This document shows, one piece after another, positions 60,981 to 64,000 of a stretch of 64,000 nt of DNA. Within the stretch, counting starts at the first letter, position 1. Every line of letters begins with the position of its first letter. The DNA is taken from assembly GCA_030620045.1 (NCBI GenBank), contig JAUXAD010000001.1:24088-88087 (forward strand), read 5' to 3'. The translations under genes were made by a program, and so were the position numbers. Source of the DNA: an archaeon. GTDB taxonomy: Archaea; Nanobdellota; Nanobdellia; Pacearchaeales; GW2011-AR1. The notes beneath the pieces are model-generated. The model was not told where the DNA came from, did no database searches, and worked only from the letters and a program-made list of their open reading frames with translations.

Positions 60981-61679
60981 TTATAAGTCTCTAAGTTGTA
61001 AAATCGTGGGAAGTGAGACAATTTTCTTAAGTTTTTTAGAAATATTTAATCTAATATACTTATTATTGATTTTAGTTTTGTCGACGGAGATTCCTTTTTT
61101 TATAAGTCTTCCAACATAATCTCTAATAGAACTTTCAGTGAGATTTAGCCTTTCTGAGAGAAGTTTATAGTCTGAATAGCCTAATTCTTCATCTAATTGA
61201 TATATTGCTGAAAAAACTAAAAATTCTTGTTCTGTAAGCCTTTTGAATTTGAGTCTTATTTCTTTTCTTATATTATCAAGAGAATTTAAGATGTTTAAGG
61301 CATTTTCCATTGAATTTTCTGCATTTCCATAGGAAATTGGGGTGTGTCTGTTTGTCTGTTTGTCTGTCTGTCTGTCTGTCGAAGCCCCTTGGCTTCCAGT
61401 GGAAGTACCTATATCTTGGCCTTTTAAGGTCTCTAAAGGTACATTATGTGTTGGAAGATGTGTCGAATGTGTCGAAGTTATGTGTCTGTCTGTCGAAATG
61501 TCTATAGTATTATTTTGATTAAAATTATCTATTTTTTTGTTTATTTTTTTAACAATTTCACATATTTTTATCATTTTTTTTCTATTTTCAGTTAAATTTA
61601 ATCTTAGAGAATTAATCTCTTTTTTTAGAGAGGTTATCTCTTGTTTTACTTTTTGGAATGCGTCCTTAATTAAATCCAT
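60981..61679 (-). CDS. coiled-coil + C-terminal winged-HTH protein
   Basis: LTEQEFLVFSAIY...YKLLSERLNLTESSIRDYVGRLIKKG. Confidence 0.8.
   Translation of the reverse strand: MDLIKDAFQKVKQEITSLKKEINSLRLNLTENRKKMIKICEIVKKINKKIDNFNQNNTIDISTDRHITSTHSTHLPTHNVPLETLKGQDIGTSTGSQGASTDRQTDKQTNRHTPISYGNAENSMENALNILNSLDNIRKEIRLKFKRLTEQEFLVFSAIYQLDEELGYSDYKLLSERLNLTESSIRDYVGRLIKKGISVDKTKINNKYIRLNISKKLKKIVSLPTILQLRDL
61324..61500. repeat. inverted ORB-like pair, (TGTC)n tract and 4x TGTCGAA inside CDS linker
   Basis: TTTCCATAGGAAATTGGGG (61324-61342), CCCCTTGGCTTCCAGTGGAAG (61385-61405), tetranucleotide tract between. Confidence 0.8.
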
Positions 61680-61711
61680 TAGAAAAAGAAAACATTCTAT
61701 TATTTATAATT

Positions 61712-61987
61712 TTATATAAAATCCTGATGTTTTTTGTATGTTTGATATACGACATCACTTATTTTCCATCTAGATCTTTTCAAATAACAAATTCCTTTGG
61801 GATTTTTTTTTATTTCAATAACTAATTTTTTATTTTTTAACTCTAAAAGAAGTTTCTTGATGAATTCTTCATCTCTAGCTATTTCCTGGGCAATATGTGA
61901 TGTAAAAAGAGGCTTAGGAAAGACTGAATAGAGTAAAGCAAGAATTTGCTCTAAAATCTTTTCTCTTTTTTTTTCAGATATTTTCAT
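61712..61987 (-). CDS. small winged-HTH protein
   Basis: LFTSHIAQEIARDEEFIKKLLLELKNKKLV. Confidence 0.75.
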   Translation of the reverse strand: MKISEKKREKILEQILALLYSVFPKPLFTSHIAQEIARDEEFIKKLLLELKNKKLVIEIKKNPKGICYLKRSRWKISDVVYQTYKKHQDFI

Positions 61988-62037
61988 AGATTAAAAAATA
62001 AAAAGATTTATTTAAAGGTTTGGAGTAATCAAGAAGT

Positions 62038-62469
62038 TTATTCGTTCTTTTTTTCAGAAACTTGATCTTCTTTTTTCAAAGAAGGTAGTGGAATATGCAC
62101 TGGAAGATTCATTTCATCTTCTAATTGAAGGGCCTTTAAATTAGATTTCTTTAAAATAATGTTAAATAGTGTAATTCTGAAATCTTCAGACATTTTTTTG
62201 CTCTCCCATTCTTTTAAAATATCTTTTGCAATCTTAGGTTCGACTGCAAGAAGAACAATTCCAGCAAGCTCTATTTTAGCAAAATCAGGATCATAATTTA
62301 TACTATAAGCGAATTTAACTTCGACAAGTTCTTCTTTTGTTTTAAAAAAATCAGATTTAATGTTTTTTATTTCAGAAACATCAATTTTTGTATTAATTTT
62401 TAGATTTTCCACTGTATCGTTCAGTTTCTCTATATTAATTTTATTGAAATTAAATCCTATAATTCGCAT
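62038..62469 (-). CDS. conserved archaeal hypothetical protein (possibly SecB-like fold)
   Basis: Beta-rich N-half, helix, LP-x-x-IPLP tail. Confidence 0.6.
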   Translation of the reverse strand: MRIIGFNFNKINIEKLNDTVENLKINTKIDVSEIKNIKSDFFKTKEELVEVKFAYSINYDPDFAKIELAGIVLLAVEPKIAKDILKEWESKKMSEDFRITLFNIILKKSNLKALQLEDEMNLPVHIPLPSLKKEDQVSEKKNE

Positions 62470-62515
62470 TTTATTTTAATCAAAAAAGTATTTTTAAATA
62501 TTGTGGCGGTCTTTA

Positions 62516-62776
62516 TTAAATTAAATCTTCTTCTGAAACAATGACAAAGTCCCCTATAGCAATAATAGCACTATAAGGAATTAAAAGTTCATTTGAATTT
62601 GTTCTTTCTAAGTTAAGATTTTTTGTATAAGGTGTTGAATCTTTTACAATGATATTAATAAGTTCCCCAGATTTAGTTTCGAAAGTTATATCTTTAACAA
62701 AACCTAATCTTTTACCTTCCTTAGTTACAATCATTTTTTCTAAAATTGCACTAAATAGGTTTTTGTTGTTTTGCAT
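62516..62776 (-). CDS. PRC-barrel protein
   Basis: IVTKEGKRLGFVKDI...SGEL...IPYSAIIAIGDFVIV. Confidence 0.9.
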   Translation of the reverse strand: MQNNKNLFSAILEKMIVTKEGKRLGFVKDITFETKSGELINIIVKDSTPYTKNLNLERTNSNELLIPYSAIIAIGDFVIVSEEDLI

Positions 62777-63234
62777 ATCAAAGTTAAAAGAAAATAATTT
62801 ATAAACTTTTCTGTAAGATTAAATAGATTTAAGAGTATACAAATAGACTTAAAAATATATATTTAATTTTTAAATATTTATTAAATCTTTAGAATTATAA
62901 AATTTCTAGGAATCTTCTCTCACCCCTTGGTTTCATATAGAAATATTTAAAAAAGAAATTCTTATTATTTATTATTTATTATTTATTATAAATATTTATA
63001 TTATATAGTATATATATTATTAATAATAATAATAATAATAATGTTTAGCTAAAATAGCCAAAAATGAAGCCTCCATTAGAAATATAGGTGTTTTTCTTTT
63101 TTAGTAGTTATAATTATTTATATAATAAAACAATTTATTATCGTTGAGATATATGAATCTAAGAAAATTTCCATAGGAAATAGACGTGGGAGAAGTATAT
63201 TTTTGACAAAGTAATTAAATAATGAAATATTAAA
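62777..63234. other. replication origin (oriC): ORB elements flanking AT-rich unwinding element
   Basis: ORB-like 62923-62944 (-), 63071-63090 (+), 63168-63190 (+); nearly pure A/T 62945-63042 incl. (TAA)7; directly upstream of cdc6. Confidence 0.8.
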
Positions 63235-64000
63235 ATGACAGCAGAAGTTGATGAAATTTTCGAATCTTTTGATAAGAATAATATTTTTAAAGATAAGTCT
63301 ATTTTACAAACTAATCATCAACCCAAAATTATTCTTCACAGAAGTGAACAAATAAAGCAAATTGCTGCAATACTTGCTCCTGTTTTGAGGGGTGAAAGAA
63401 CAAGTAATTTATTTCTTTATGGAAAAACAGGTACAGGAAAGACACTTTCAATCCAATACATTAGAGATGAACTTTTAAAAAGAGTTAAGAAAGATGCTGA
63501 CTTTAAACTAAGAATTGAATATTTGAATTGTAAATTAAAAAAAGTTTCTGATACTGAATATAGAATTTTAGCAGAACTTATTAAAAAGTTGGGAAGTACA
63601 ATTCCTGCTACGGGATTACCTACACAATCTGTATATAATCAATTTATCAAAGTTATTGATTCTGAAAAACAATTACTTGTGTTAATTCTCGATGAAATTG
63701 ATCAAACTGTTAAAAAAATTTCTGATGATTTTTTATATAATTTAACAAGATTAAATTCTGAGCTTTCTAAAACCCAAATATGTATTGTAGGTATTAGTAA
63801 TAATTTGACTTTTTTGGATGAGCTTGACCCAAGGGTTAGGAGTTCGCTTTCAGAGGAAGAAATTGTTTTCCCACCTTATAATGCATTGCAATTACAAGAA
63901 ATTTTAAATAAAAGGGCAGAAGATGTGTTTAAGGAAAATGTTCTTCAGGAAGGCGTTGTCGCTAAATGTGCTGCTTTTGCTGCAAGAGAGCATGGAGATG
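63235..64000 (+). CDS. cdc6: Orc1/Cdc6 replication initiator (partial)
   Basis: Manual translation: LHRSEQI, YGKTGTGKT, ILDEID, LDPRVRSSL, FPPYNA. Confidence 0.96.
   Translation, partial: MTAEVDEIFESFDKNNIFKDKSILQTNHQPKIILHRSEQIKQIAAILAPVLRGERTSNLFLYGKTGTGKTLSIQYIRDELLKRVKKDADFKLRIEYLNCKLKKVSDTEYRILAELIKKLGSTIPATGLPTQSVYNQFIKVIDSEKQLLVLILDEIDQTVKKISDDFLYNLTRLNSELSKTQICIVGISNNLTFLDELDPRVRSSLSEEEIVFPPYNALQLQEILNKRAEDVFKENVLQEGVVAKCAAFAAREHGD

Noticed and set aside
1506-61719. Numerous 60-120 aa antisense ORFs rich in F/I/S/L
   Set aside because: Shadows of A-rich genuine genes on the opposite strand
63021-63042. (TAA)7 as a contingency microsatellite
   Set aside because: Better explained as part of the origin unwinding element
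1-64000. Alternative genetic code or integrated provirus
   Set aside because: Conserved genes end normally at TAA, TAG and TGA; no capsid, terminase or tyrosine integrase recognised

Overview
AT-rich archaeal chromosome segment, most consistent with a DPANN lineage such as Pacearchaeota or Woesearchaeota (inferred from archaeal ribosomal/RNAP genes, AglB, Cdc6 and compact, mostly leaderless genes). Left to right: (i) housekeeping/orphan genes and a nuclease-rich defence-type island (2.5-10.5 kb) with an MjaI-family restriction enzyme, DNA methylase, GIY-YIG-like nuclease, methylase-nuclease fusion, radC remnant and NYN RNase; (ii) a ~34 kb glycosylation locus (12.6-46.6 kb) starting with an AglH-like transferase and AglB; (iii) secDF, four tRNAs, a stand-alone 5S rRNA and ribosomal/RNAP genes; (iv) a serine recombinase, an origin-associated gene cluster, an ORB-containing replication origin and the 5' part of cdc6. 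Best candidate for an undescribed system: two convergent coiled-coil + winged-helix genes beside oriC whose coding linkers are built from DNA repeat motifs, including an inverted pair of ORB-like boxes, with the same motifs recurring in a non-coding region upstream. Also notable: a tRNA-Leu with anticodon AAG, evidence of a tRNA-bounded 6.8 kb inversion, and five single-base frameshifts at homopolymers. All calls are from reading the sequence; no searches were run.
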